A DNA stretch of 64,000 nt from Lingula anatina (lineage: Eukaryota; Animalia; Brachiopoda): positions 20,916,534 through 20,980,533 of the forward strand of contig CM120644.1 in the NCBI GenBank assembly GCA_051362555.1, read 5' to 3'. Under the pieces are notes generated by a model. That model saw only the letters and a list, made by a program, of their open reading frames with translations, was not told where the DNA came from and ran no database searches. A program made the translations under genes and the position numbers. This document shows, in pieces, positions 39,315 through 52,661 of this stretch (positions are counted from its first letter, which is position 1; every line of letters starts with the position of its first letter).

Positions 39315-40119
39315 TTCCTCACTGTAAACAACGTCCAGGCGGCGACACTATACGGCCAAAAACCAAGAGGAGCCGCCCCACTACAAGAAGAACGCTTAGT
39401 CCCTCGCTCATTAGTCCTTGTTGTTAAATGCAATTTGAGAAATAATCTGTTTTATTTGGACGAATGTTTTTCTTATCTTTTTCTTATCTTTCTTTGGTAA
39501 CTCTTAGCATATCCCTTAAAATGTCAGTGTATGGCCCCACTGTTGTGAGAAGTGACTCGGCAGTGGGACTAAACATGACACATGGCCAAGTCACAATATT
39601 TATATCTGTGTAACTGTGTTATTTGCTTATCTATTTCTTTTTGTCATTGTACATGTAGCTCTCCCTCCCTTGTAAGTTTGAACCACTCCTTTTGTGTAAC
39701 ATATGATTGTATCCATATGCCTTTCGCTTTATGTTTATGGTAAATTTATCTCACCGCTTAGCTAGAATATTTTGTGAGAAATTTGACTAGTACAGCTGTT
39801 CATTATATAAAAATATGCATTTTCTCATTCACAAACACGCAACACAATTAATGCACCGATTGTATTGCCGTTAGTATATTATATTGTACAAAGTCATGAT
39901 AATCTATGTACCAGTACAGAATAAATAAATTGAAATTGAAATTGAATTGAATATAACGTGCTGGATTACTAAATACTTTGTCAAAAGAGGACTTTTGTAA
40001 GAGAATCTTTGCAAAAGCAGGATCTAGTAAAAAAATATGATGATAAAGTTTTATCTGGAGGTACACGAAATTTACTCTGAATAATAATAATACTGACAAC
40101 AACAATCACAATATATATA

Positions 40120-40420
40120 ATAATAATAATAATAATTTATTTATTTAAATGGCACTACACATGCATCTCAGGGCTGTTTACGTATAAAACTAAAATTACA
40201 AAGATTAAGTAAAAACTAATATAAAAATAATAAAGACTGAAAATAATAAGTTAATCAAAATATTCTCTAAATAGAAAGGTTTTCAATTTCTTTTAAACTA
40301 AAACAAGAGACATCCAGAGAAAGTTTCAATTTTTTAATATAATTAGACCATGAACTTGGCGCTGCAGTCTCAAAACTCCCGTGACCGTACAGAGAACTGG
40401 TGTAATGTGAGGAGACGAGC
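40120..40420 (-). mobile_element. degenerate 3' end of an L2/CR1-clade LINE
   Basis: Frameshifted peptides HITPVL, YGHGSFETAAPSSWSN and KLKTFLFREYFD*, followed by an AAT-type simple-repeat tail. Confidence 0.6.
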
Positions 40421-40529
40421 ATCTGAATTTTTAAAATCTGCTTTCTGTAAATAAAATCATCGATTCTAATTCATTTTTTATTAAACATGTTATTCGTGAT
40501 GTGGTTGAGAAAAGACAATTTATTGTTGA

Positions 40530-40718
40530 TGTGACAGGAACAGTGGTCCGCTAGGAACCGTAGTTCGTTCCCCAATACTTTGTACAGGTAAAAGTTTTCT
40601 CTACTTCTATGGTCTCATATAGACTACTACTATAACCCCAATACTCCCACTAACCTAAACCTGTATTCCATCATATTGGACCCAGACTTCCATTCCTAGG
40701 ACTACCATTCCTGTCACA
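40530..40718. mobile_element. small TIR element (MITE)
   Basis: Inverted ends TGTGACAGGAA..GGTCC..TAGGAA / TTCCTAGGACTACCATTCCTGTCACA. Confidence 0.55.
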
Positions 40719-40749
40719 CTGATGATAGACGTGGATCTGTCACTCGTAA

Positions 40750-41412
40750 GATTTTATGTGCGTCGTCCATTCCTATTTAACAGACAAACCGCTACCTCGA
40801 TCAAATTCATAAAATTTACTTCAATTTTGATGGAAGCTGTCAAGTGCACGCGAGTTTGATTGACAGTTTTATGAACAAACGTCAATCACATTCATTACAT
40901 TCTTCTCTCAGACCATGTAAAGCTAATACAAATCCCGGTTTTTTTTTTTTGTGGCGCATTTGCACCCCCACCTTTAATAATTACATCTTTCTTTTCAGAT
41001 AAATTTCATTACGTTGCTATAATTTATTAACCTTATCGAATACTCTATACTTCCCCCGTGTCGAGTATCCCGGCGACTCCCTTCGCCACAAAAGATTTCA
41101 TGTAATTATTAAACAGAGCAAAAATTGTCTCTCTTTTTCTGTAGTATTATAAAAGTTTTTATACCCTGTGATTGACAAGGTGCCAATCAAATCCAGTTAG
41201 TTTTGATAGAAGCTGTCAAGTAATAACAGTTTGATTGACGGGTAATATAAACAAACGTCAATCACATTCAATACACTCTACTCTCAGACCATGCAAAGCT
41301 CAGGCTTTTATATCCTTTGATTGACAAGGTGCCAATCAAATTCAATTAGTTTTGATAGAGGCTGTCAAATAATAACAGTTTGATTGACGGGTTATATAAA
41401 CAAACGTCAATC
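40750..41412. repeat. three degenerate direct repeats of about 100-130 bp; the leader is repeated at about 42000-42048
   Basis: TTTTGATRGAAGCTGTCAA...GTTTGATTGAC...AACAAACGTCAATCA at about 40825, 41201 and 41350. Confidence 0.75.
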
Positions 41413-41639
41413 ATCACGCATTGTGATTATAGCTGAAAATGCCGAAAGAGAGCGCTAAAATCAGAAGTTAGGATAGTTCATTTGCAAAATAAAACATTTC
41501 AAAAGAATATATACATCCCATTTCCAAAACTAGTTCTCTTTCTAAACCCTTTCAGCGTGTCAAATATGACAGAAAGATGACATATTTTTTTTCTGGATGC
41601 AGAGCATGTGACATTTCAAAATTAGTACAATTATATATC

Positions 41640-41679
41640 TGTGTGTGTGTGTGTGTGTATTATGGTGTGTGTGTGTTAT

Positions 41680-41713
<34 letters not shown>

Positions 41714-41737
41714 GGTGTGTGTGTGTGTGTGTTATGG

Positions 41738-41764
<27 letters not shown>
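41640..41764. repeat. interrupted (GT)n microsatellite
   Basis: Read directly from the sequence. Confidence 0.95.
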
Positions 41765-41768
<4 letters not shown>

Positions 41769-44700
41769 AAGAAGAAGAATTGTTTTTTGCATTATGTCCG
41801 GAATTTACACAATTTTTTACTGTTTAAGTCTTCTTTCCGCAAATAAAAAGATACATAAATCATTTAATAATAAATAAAAACAATATAAAAGTTATTAATT
41901 CATCTTCATTAAATGTAACAGTTGTGTTGTGGTTGAGGTAAGTAGTTTAATTCTTGCGGGACTAAATATTAGGCCTACTGTGAACAACTCCCTAGACATT
42001 TTCATGTGCGTCGACCATTCCTATTTAACAATCAAACGGCTGCCTCACTCTTGTAAATATTTTGTTAGTTTACTTTATTGAAGTAAAGCGTGTATAAAAT
42101 AGTTCAAAAAGCCTTCACAGTGCCGTTGGGTTGCCGCTTTATTTCATTAAAAGTTTTAGTCTTTTTCATCCATCTTTTTACCTAGAAAGATTTAAACTTC
42201 TTAAATCTGTTTTCGTCAGTCAGTTTTTTACCGATGCTCGACTGACCATCCATTTTACCCGAAAGATATAAAAGTCAAATCTTTATTCTCATTTTTTCTG
42301 TCACTTATTCACTTGCTTTATTTGTGAAAAGTAAGGCTTCTGAATCTGGCCAGTAGGGAAGACCTGAGTTAGTTGACTTAGACACCACTGGCCTTGTGGA
42401 GCCAAATGGGAAAAAGTTGGGCAACAAAACTGGCTTTAGAACGAGCAAAAAGGACTTAACTACAGATGCAACGCCGTAGTTTTGCGAATATAATGTCACA
42501 TAGTTCACAATTTGAGAAAAAGAAAACGCACAAATGATGTCAGGTGCGGGAACTGGCCCCTTGGCGGCCAATTTGGCCTATAGGTCGGGGCAAGCTGCAT
42601 ATACTTTAATAACGTAGCGATCCGTGTTAACCCCATGAATGTATTTTTACTCATTTTATTATCTTTAATTGATTTTGCTTAATTCGTAGTCCATATGAGG
42701 GGGTTATATTGATATCGATGTTTCCATACGTTTCTTTCAATATTCTGAATTTATGTTGAAAAATCAAACCCAAAATCCTGGCTCTTACTTGCCGCGATTC
42801 AAGCGGTCCAACTAACCGTAGGAGCATATTTTTTATTTCAAAGAATTGCAGGCGTTTTCGGTGCTAGAATAAACTTCGTTTAGATATTCCTGCGAATTTT
42901 TAAACGAATATTTAGTTTGATGACTTGTACGCATCCTTTATTTTATTACTAAGCTTTGAAAATAGATTTAAATATCTCTTCAACATAGTTACTTTCTACT
43001 CAGATGCGGGAAACTTGCGTTTAGACTCACCACTGAAGTAAAACCTTTATTACGACCGACGCTTTCTGTAGTGTATCTATGGACAATTAAGTATTTTAGA
43101 ACTATCAATTTCTCGGACATTATTATTATTATTATTATTAATGTCCCCATCTGGATTTTATTATTATTATTATTTTGGATATGGAATCATGTGTAGAGGC
43201 ATTATTTCTCAATTTAGACACAAGCTTGGACAAGTTAGATGAGATCACACAGCATTCCTTGAGAGATTTGTGTGATAAATACTCAATATTTAAAATCACA
43301 TTTCTAGGCACTTTTTTCATATATGACTATTGGGCAATATATGCCGGGACCGATTCTTTTGTTTGATGACATCATTTTGATACTTTCTTTTGTTGTACAG
43401 CTGTTGATCTCTGTGTGGGACTTGTGGAGCAGTGATGAGCACTGTAGATGGGATAATATCACTATTGTAAGCAGCCGGATGACATGAAAGGGATTTCCAT
43501 TTTTATGTTTTAAGGTTATCAAACAGTAACAACACAAGTCTGCGTTCTTTTCACAGTTTATTGTCATCTATATACAGCATCATTTATCTAGCCTGGACTT
43601 GCAGACACTGTAAAAACTTAAAGGAGCAAACTGATAATTAACACTTGGACACAGTGCAGTGGTAGGACATGAGAGGCCAGCTGGACTAGGACAGGAGCTA
43701 AGGATATGTAGAAGAAAAAAAGCGTGGTTATACAACAAATGTAAAAATTGGCGGAAATGTGCACTGACATGGCAGTTACAAACTTCAAAAACAAAACAGT
43801 GACTGCATAATAACTGTTGCACAACAGTAATTTGGCAAGGCCTCACTGCTGCAAGCCTTTGTTCACCTGAAGACCTTTGCTATAATCTGACAACACCTAA
43901 AATGATGTAAGCTTATTACATCTACTTATTGCTTGAAAGAAACAGCACACTGTCAGTGTAGATTTTTATCAATCAGTACACCAATTCAAATTGATCTATA
44001 CAGTTTTGAAGAGTATGTTCTGGTGTTCCTTCATAATTTTTTTCAAAACTGGACATTGAATAGTTCAAAATTCTTTCAGTGAAATTAAACAGTTGAAAAA
44101 GCAGATACTGTTACATATAGATAACCCAGCTCTGTGGGTCATGGCAATATCAAAGTTCCAATTTATGAAGAAAAAATTAGTGAAAGTTATTGACCTTTGA
44201 GAGAATTTGTGATCGTAAAAATAAAACATTTTCCCAAATACAAAATAATTTGAAAAATCTGGTGTTTTCCAACAGTGACTGCCAGTGAAGTTTAACATGG
44301 ATGAGCACTGCTTTTTTAAATATATAAAAATCAGTCATACTTGTAAAACATTTTTAAAAATAAGTTTGGCTAATTAGGAGAGAAATTATCAAATGATGCC
44401 TTACTGGATGCAGGAAATACCATGCTGAGCAGAGCTACTCCAATGTCTGCAGCAGGCAGTGATCTGCACTGGAAAACTGGCAGAGACAAAACATACTATG
44501 CATTTCACAGAGTGACTGAAGTAATCAGAAGATACAAGACACTCACAAACAATGTCTGCACATAAAAACTAAATACAAGTGCACACTGTAGTATGTGGAC
44601 GGCAGTCTGCAATGCAACAATAACAACTCATTGCACAATGCAATCAAATAATACATTGCAAGGAGCAACTTAAAAATAAAACTACAAAACATTGGGATTG

Positions 44701-46196
44701 GACGGCATTCAATATTTGGCTTAGGACAATTACACCAGTACATACCATTGTGATTAATCATAAAACATAATGAAAGAATATCAGTATATATGATAATAAT
44801 AACAATATAACAATCTGTGTATAAGTTACTAATTCACTATTTTGTAAACATTATTAAATCTTAGCAGTATATACAACATTCTGAATACTCTCCTACTGTT
44901 CCAATGTGCACACAGTGCTCAATGCTGAGCTGATGACAAAGACAGTGCCACAGAACCCAGCAGGTTCAATGTACACAATGAAATTAATACTATGACAATT
45001 GAAAATATCAATTCATATTTTTTTAACAATGTCAATGGCATAAAAGCAGCAAAAGCTGTGAGATTTACATATATGTGCCAACTTAAATATTCTTTTGAAA
45101 ACAAACAAACAAAAAAAATTGTTCCAACTGAAATCAGTTTTCAGTAACCACGATTCCACACATGCACATATAAATGATAAGCCTGCACACTAGGACAGTT
45201 GGATAGTACAATAGGATAGTTGTCAATACTAAAGGATAAATTGCTTATTAAAAGTATCAGACAAAAATCATGAGTAAATCATACTTTTTCTTTAGAAATA
45301 AAATTTTAACAATAAGATATGTTATCTACTAACTATGTAGTGGCAGACTGGAGTTGTTAGACCAGTATTCTACATCTAGTGTGATGTCTTAGCACTACGT
45401 CAACACTGTCACCAGGGACTGGCTAGAACATACTGGCGTTTGGTTGCCATGGAGATAAAAACAGACAATGCCACCACAGTACCATTGTTTTACATAAGAT
45501 ATATATAAAAATTAAGTCACATTTGCAAAATCACAACCATATAATAATTTGGTCCCAAATACACAAGCATACATAATATCACAGTGTCAGGGCCTAAACC
45601 ATCTGTATTGAGAGTCTGTACACAGTGACTGTATAAACACTCTATAGAGATCTTCAGTGTGCATTGTCTACTGTACCTTAACATAACAACAAAGCTGACA
45701 TACATACTGATATCTAATACACTTAATCAGTGCAGTAATTCAGATAGTTCCATACTTGTGTAAACATGCACAAGGACCTCATCAATAACAAATGGCTCTC
45801 CTGCACAGCTCCACTGGACATCAGCCATCTTGCTGGAGGAAATCTGGGCAAGATTAGAACACCAAGGTCAAGGCCATGGAGTTCCCGGCAGGGGAGTCAT
45901 ACAGACATGCTAATGCTTTTTGGGTACATAACTGGATTTTTAAATAAACAGACTAACTTTGTGATCTACTGCTAAAACAGGAATGTGTTTCTGTAGTGAG
46001 GAGGTACATGTGTGTATATATGGAGTAGGGAAGATTTAGCTAACCTAATGTGCTATACAGAGTGGAGTGGGGGTGGGGACAGGAGTGGTGGGGACGGGGG
46101 TACTTACAAATATACTGACATAGTGTTTAAGTAGTAACCTTGAAAGATTCTGTATTTTGTTGTAACCTGCATTGAGAGAGTGAGGGAAAGTGTGTA

Positions 46197-46203
<7 letters not shown>

Positions 46204-46248
<45 letters not shown>
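46204..46248. repeat. (GT)n microsatellite
   Basis: Read directly from the sequence. Confidence 0.95.
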
Positions 46249-46253
<5 letters not shown>

Positions 46254-46540
46254 GAGAAACTTTCTGCATAAAAAATATATGATTTTCATTGAGCAAAATT
46301 TATCCTGCAAAGCTTGCATGGATTGAACAATTCCTTACTTTTTCCTCTCCATTAAGAGAATTTCACATTTAATAATGTTTGCATTTTGACAGGATATCTA
46401 AACATTTCAAAGTCTTTGTCCAAATATTCCCCAGAATGAATTTCTTCTCATTCCTACTGATGCAGATGTCCTGACTAACTCTCCTTGAACCTAGTGGCAG
46501 CTACAGTGTACCAGCACACAGCCTAGAAACTCTCTCCTTG

Positions 46541-46849
46541 TCATTCTATGATAGAAGGTGTCCTCCTAAAGCTATCACTGCCCCCTATAGGGCCAAGAGG
46601 CATTCTCCTCTGATGTGCATTAGGAGACATGTCATAATAACCACTCTCCACCAGAACACTCTCTATGATGGTATGCAGTTTTTCATATGTTATTCCCTCA
46701 CTATCATGGTGCTCCAAGGTGTGTGTGATAGCTGGTTTCTCTGTATTAGTGGTCACAGCATCTTGCTCTAGGCTGGCTTGCTTACTGAGCATGCTCATGT
46801 CACTTGGGCCAAAGTTCAGGTCTATCACCTCCTGGGAGCCTATCAGGAG
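46541..46849 (-). CDS. NEK10: NEK10 last coding exon ([11 protein letters not shown]...[21 protein letters not shown]...)
   Basis: CAG| acceptor; TGA at 46543-46541. Confidence 0.88.
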   Translation of the reverse strand, partial: LLIGSQEVIDLNFGPSDMSMLSKQASLEQDAVTTNTEKPAITHTLEHHDSEGITYEKLHTIIESVLVESGYYDMSPNAHQRRMPLGPIGGSDSFRRTPSIIE

Positions 46850-49800
46850 CTGGAAACACACAATACCATATACTTAGTGTACATGGAGAGTAAAAAAAAA
46901 AATTAAAAAAATTAACTTTTAACTAAAATGATTGCCAATCCAGAACTTAAAACAAACTTCCCCAGTTTGTCAGAGACTGGGCAGCCAGTCTCACTGATAC
47001 ATTTAGGCATATAATGCCAGTTGATTTTATCATAACATTAATTATAACATTAAAATAATGTGTCTATAATATTAATACACCATTCTGTAGAGCAGTTACA
47101 CCTATAACTTGGTGCCCATGTTGTGCTGGCACTAGTACTGTCCCAGGCTAGGTTTGTGCAGAGCAGTTCTCTCTGCCAGGTCTCATACCTTCTTTAGTTC
47201 ACTTTTCAGGTTGAAGGATGTGCTCTGTGGAGCAAACATGGCTCTCTTGAACCGCTCTATGATTCTCCGCCGGGGATTGTGACACAGCGTGGGAGGGAGC
47301 TACAAAGAGAACATCAGTGAACTGAAACCAGACTGGATTCCCCTGTCTCTTCACAATGCACCCAATCATACAGTAAGCTACATTGAGCTCATATGTCCAA
47401 AAATGTAATGAAAAATTATAACCCTGACAAAATTTAATTACATGACTTTAATGTAGATGACCTTATGCAGTATGTACCTACCTGAGTGATGTAGATGATC
47501 TTATACAGTATATATATACATACCTGAGTGATGTAGATGATCTTATACAGTATATATGTACATACCTGAGTGATGTAGATGATCTTATACAGTATATATG
47601 TACATACCTGAGTGATGTAGATGATCTTATACAGTATATATGTACATACCTGAGTGATGTAGATGATCTTATGCAGTATATATGTACATACCTGAATGAT
47701 GTAGATGACCTTATACAGTATATATGTACATACCTGAGTGATGTAGATGACCTTATACAGTATATATGTACATACCTGAGTAATGTAGATGACCTTATAC
47801 AGTATATATGTACATACCTGAGTAATGTAGATGATCTTATACAGTATATATGTACATACCTGAGTGATGTAGATGACCTTATACAGTATATATGTACATA
47901 CCTGAGTGATGTAGATGATCTTATACAGTATATATGTACATACCTGAGTAATGTAGATGACCTTATACAGTATATATGTACATACCTGAGTGATGTAGAT
48001 GATCTTATACAGTATATATGTACATACCTGAGTGATGTAGATGACCTTATACAGTATATATGTACATACCTGAGTGATGTAGATGACCTTATACAGTATA
48101 TATGTACATACCTGAGTAATGTAGATGACCTTATACAGTATATATGTACATACCTGAGTAATGTAGATGATCTTATACAGTATATATGTACATACCTGAG
48201 TGATGTAGATGATCTTATACAGTATATATGTACATACCTGAGTGATGTAGATGACCTTATACAGTATATATGTACATACCTGAGTGATGTAGATGATCTT
48301 ATACAGTATATATGTACATACCTGAGTGATGTAGATGACCTTATACAGTATATATGTACATACCTGAGTGATGTAGATGATCTTATACAGTATATATGTA
48401 CATACCTGAGTGATGTAGATGACCTTATACAGTATATATGTACATACCTGAGTGATGTAGATGATCTTATACAGTATATATGTACATACCTGAGTGATGT
48501 AGATGATCTTATACAGTATATATGTACCTACCTGAGTGATGTAGATGATCTTATACAGTATATATGTACCTACCTGAGTGATGTAGATGATCTTATACAG
48601 TATATATGTACATACCTGAGTGATGTAGATGATCTTATACAGTATATATGTACATACCTGAGTGATGTAGATGATCTTATACAGTATATATGTACATACC
48701 TGAGTGATGTAGATGATCTTATACAGTATATATGTACATACCTGAGTGATGTAGATGATCTTATACAGTATATATGTACCTACCTGAGTGATGTAGATGA
48801 TCTTATACAGTATATATGTACCTACCTGAGTGATGTAGATGATCTTATACAGTATATATGTACATACCTGAGTGATGTAGATGATCTTATACAGTATATA
48901 TGTACCTACCTGAGTGATGTAGATGATCTTATGCAGGATGTGGAGGACCTGCAGGATGGGGTCGCTGATCTGGCGCACCTTCCGGGGAGATATGGTCAGT
49001 GTGGCTGTATTGGTGGCACTGCCTGGAAAATGAATAACATCACTGCTTGTACACAGCACAGCACATAACATAGAAAACATGGTCACACAAAAATTTAGTA
49101 CATAATACACATGACTGAAGTTTTAATATAAAGCGATCTGTTATATATACTTTTCTTGTACTTTACATATCATTCCATACAGCTCTCAGTGCACATCATT
49201 ATTTTTCTAATATCTGACAGCATCTGTCCTGATACATCAACTGTTCATTTCATACTTCTTATTCTTCATATGACTCAATGTTTTCAGTCTTGTCGGGATC
49301 AAACTGACAGTGTAAAAATTTAACTCAAAAGGAATAAAAAGGCCCAGAGAAAAACGAAACCTAGTTATTCTGAGACTGTAATTTTCCAAAACAAAAATAA
49401 AAGCTCATACTTGGCCTCATCTTTCCAGCAGAATTAGAATGAATCCTTCTGTGGCTATTGCCCTCAGGAGTGCTGACTGAGCGGTGGAAAGTTTCATGAC
49501 GGTTCTTGTCCAGCTTGTCGGCCATCTTCTCTGGTTTATCTATTGAGCATGTGGCGCTGGGTGGTGAGCTGTTGTTTGGGGACGGCTCTGATGAACTGAT
49601 CCCTGAATCACGACTGCTTTTGCCCACTGCAGCTGGAGATGATACAAAGAAATTAAACAAGACTGAAGAATACTACAGACTTCTTTCAGACATAATAGAA
49701 GAAGACTTGAAGAAAAACTATGCACAGGATTATTATTGTTTTTTTTTTTTTCAATATTTTACTAATGAATGTCATAGTCACATCTTAGGGCAATCAGCAT

Positions 49801-52586
49801 TTTCTAGGACAATGCCATTTCATTCAAGTTAATCCAGTACCCTAGTATCATTCTTTTATTCTGCTCCTCAGAATGCCAGTACATATGGATGAAAGTGTAT
49901 ACATGAAGGTGCTAACAAATGACTGTTGATTAGCTTTTCAATGAAAGATAACATCTGAAATCTTTTATTGTTAATTCAAAATCGTCACCTAATACCTGGC
50001 TGCATATTATAAAAGAGCTGAAAGCAAAATCAAAACAAAAGCAGAGATAAACTGTTAGCATGAGCATAAATTTGGCAAAAACTGGTAATATATCCCTCAT
50101 TTTCATCATTTAAATTATTGAACTGAAACCACGTACTATTTCCTGGAATGTCTAGAGATAACTGTTGAGCGAGATGGTCCAGCTTCCTCCTGGGTCCACC
50201 TTGACTTCCCCGGGGGGTGCCAGGGGGGCGGGGCACAGCAAACGTCTTGTCCTCGCTCTTCACCATCTGTTGTAGTCCAGCTAGTGCTATACTGCCAGTG
50301 CTGCTGTCCCTGCTGTCACTGCCACTGGACTGGTAACTGTCATCATCACTAGCCCAGCCTGCACACACACATATATAACCTTAGCACTGATTTCTCATAC
50401 AGCAATGCTAACTATCAAATGAAAGATCTGTTGGCTTCATTATACACTAAACTTCAAAAATGGAATAATTTTGATAAAGTGAATAAACATAAATAAATGA
50501 AATATTCTTTTATACAAACTGGACTCACAACTGTGGCTTCTTTGCATCAGAATTAGTTTTGTACCAACTGACATTTGAACCACAAGTGACTCACCTTTTT
50601 CTATTCCATGTCCATTCTGTTCATCACTACTCTGAGAGACTCCCCTAGGTTTCCTGTTGCGCATCACTCTGCGCATGTTTTCAAATGTCTCTCCGTCAGA
50701 AAACACACTGTCCGCCAAGTCTCCGTCCTGAAAAGCAACCAGTATTCTGACAATTCCATACCAGGACATAAGTGTAGTGTATTGTTTAGGATACAATATC
50801 TGACAAGTGGACAATTTTATCTTTTGCTCCTTTTCTCCAAAAGTTATACTGGCTTGTTTTGTTGTGAAAACCAGAGAAGAAGTATCATACTTAAAAAAAT
50901 ATAATTCTATGTATCATGGTATATTAACTCTGAACATGCTACAGAGACATAGTGAGTTTTAAAGTATGAACATCTTAAGGTTATATACCCTGTTAGTCAA
51001 TATCAGGTGAAATTACCCCCTTTTATACAACACATTTAACATGTTTGTCTGCACTGCAGCCTTAAGCTTGGACTTAGGGCTATCTTACCTTAATACTTGT
51101 GGCGCCTCCACTCCCAGCCAGGTTAACCAACTTGTCATAGCGCTCCTGGTTGGCTAAAAACAGGCGGTGGTAGTTTTGCATGTTCTTATTTGCCTCCACA
51201 AAATGTCTGGAGAAAAGAAAGCAAATATATGTACTGCCTCATATTGATGTAATAATGCATAAAAATCATACTAATGATCATTTTATTCAACCATTTTAAT
51301 TAAACAATCAGATATTACATTATTTTTATATTATTATTATTTTCCATTTTGCTCTTACAAAGTAAAAGATTCACATGGTTTCTATAAAAGCTAGTTTGTA
51401 CAACTGTTAGGGGCTTATCTTTAAGCAAATAGGATGAAACTCTGCAAACAAGAAATGCCTTCTTAGAAAGCAATACAAAAGTAACACACAAAAACAAGGT
51501 GATTAAGTGCTGTTGTGCAATAGTCTGTAATTCTACAGAACTAAAAACAGCCAAAAAAATATCTGTCAGCATTTTCCTTTAACCATTTTTCAATTGTTTT
51601 ATAGTCTGCCCTTATTTCTGATCCCACTCATCCAAATCTCGCTGGATTTTATGCCAAGTTGCAAAACTTTGGGCAGTTGCTAAAAAGTAGAAGTTTCTGT
51701 AAGAATATGAGACATGAACAGATGCCATCTAAAATTATCTTACTTTTGTGTTCTTTTCCTTTCCCTTTCCAGCTTTTTCTCCAAACTGATCTGGTTGGCT
51801 TTGATGAGATCCAAGTGCTGTAGTATCTCTTCAGCTATAACACCAGCTACCTGGACTATATCTGGGCGCTGGCTGGGGTCTGCTGTCAGACAGCTGGAAT
51901 GATAGGAACCAAGTTTACAGTTCAGGCATTGGGAGCACTGCCTCTGTATCTGCACAGATAATGAACTTATGACAGCTTATTGAAAGAATAAACCTTAACA
52001 CTATTAAGTTAAACAAAAAACTGGCACTTAAGAATGCTGTAAAATTGCATGTGAAAAAAGAATGATTAGAAAAACAAACAAACAAATAAACAAAAACACA
52101 AAAATAACAACGAAAAATTTTTAAAAATAATTATGCTAGTTTGAACCTTCACTGCCTTTTGGCAAAACAAAAACTCTTAGTAAATTTAGAACATAACAAA
52201 AAAGTTGTTTTTGCAATGAACAAACTTTTCTGACTGTATTCGCCTCAGCAAAAATTCAACAACATGGACTGACACATTTAATAGGAACATAATGCCACTG
52301 TAAGTGTCTGCGCATAAAAAGTATCAAGCATGTTATATATGAAGGCTGTATTAAATTGGAATTCAAAGCAGAAAAAATGCATAAACATGAAAATTGTAAT
52401 CAGTTATCAATTATTATCTTTACCATTTGATGGTCTTGCTCACTTTCTCTGAGTATAAGCCCTCTGGCAGGGGCGCATAGCTGGCTTCAACAATCTACAA
52501 GTAACAAAAATAAAAAACTTGGAACGTAAGGCAATAATTTTTCTTTTTTCTTTTTAATGATTTAAATATATTCAGCACAGAAATTG

Positions 52587-52661
<75 letters not shown>

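Noticed and set aside
47671-49068. 465-aa + strand ORF ([14 protein letters not shown])n
   Set aside because: It is the antisense reading of the 42-bp NEK10 junction minisatellite, with no independent gene signals.
47434-49110. 558-aa - strand ORF as a standalone gene
   Set aside because: It is one NEK10 exon read through into the donor array and is covered as a splicing finding.
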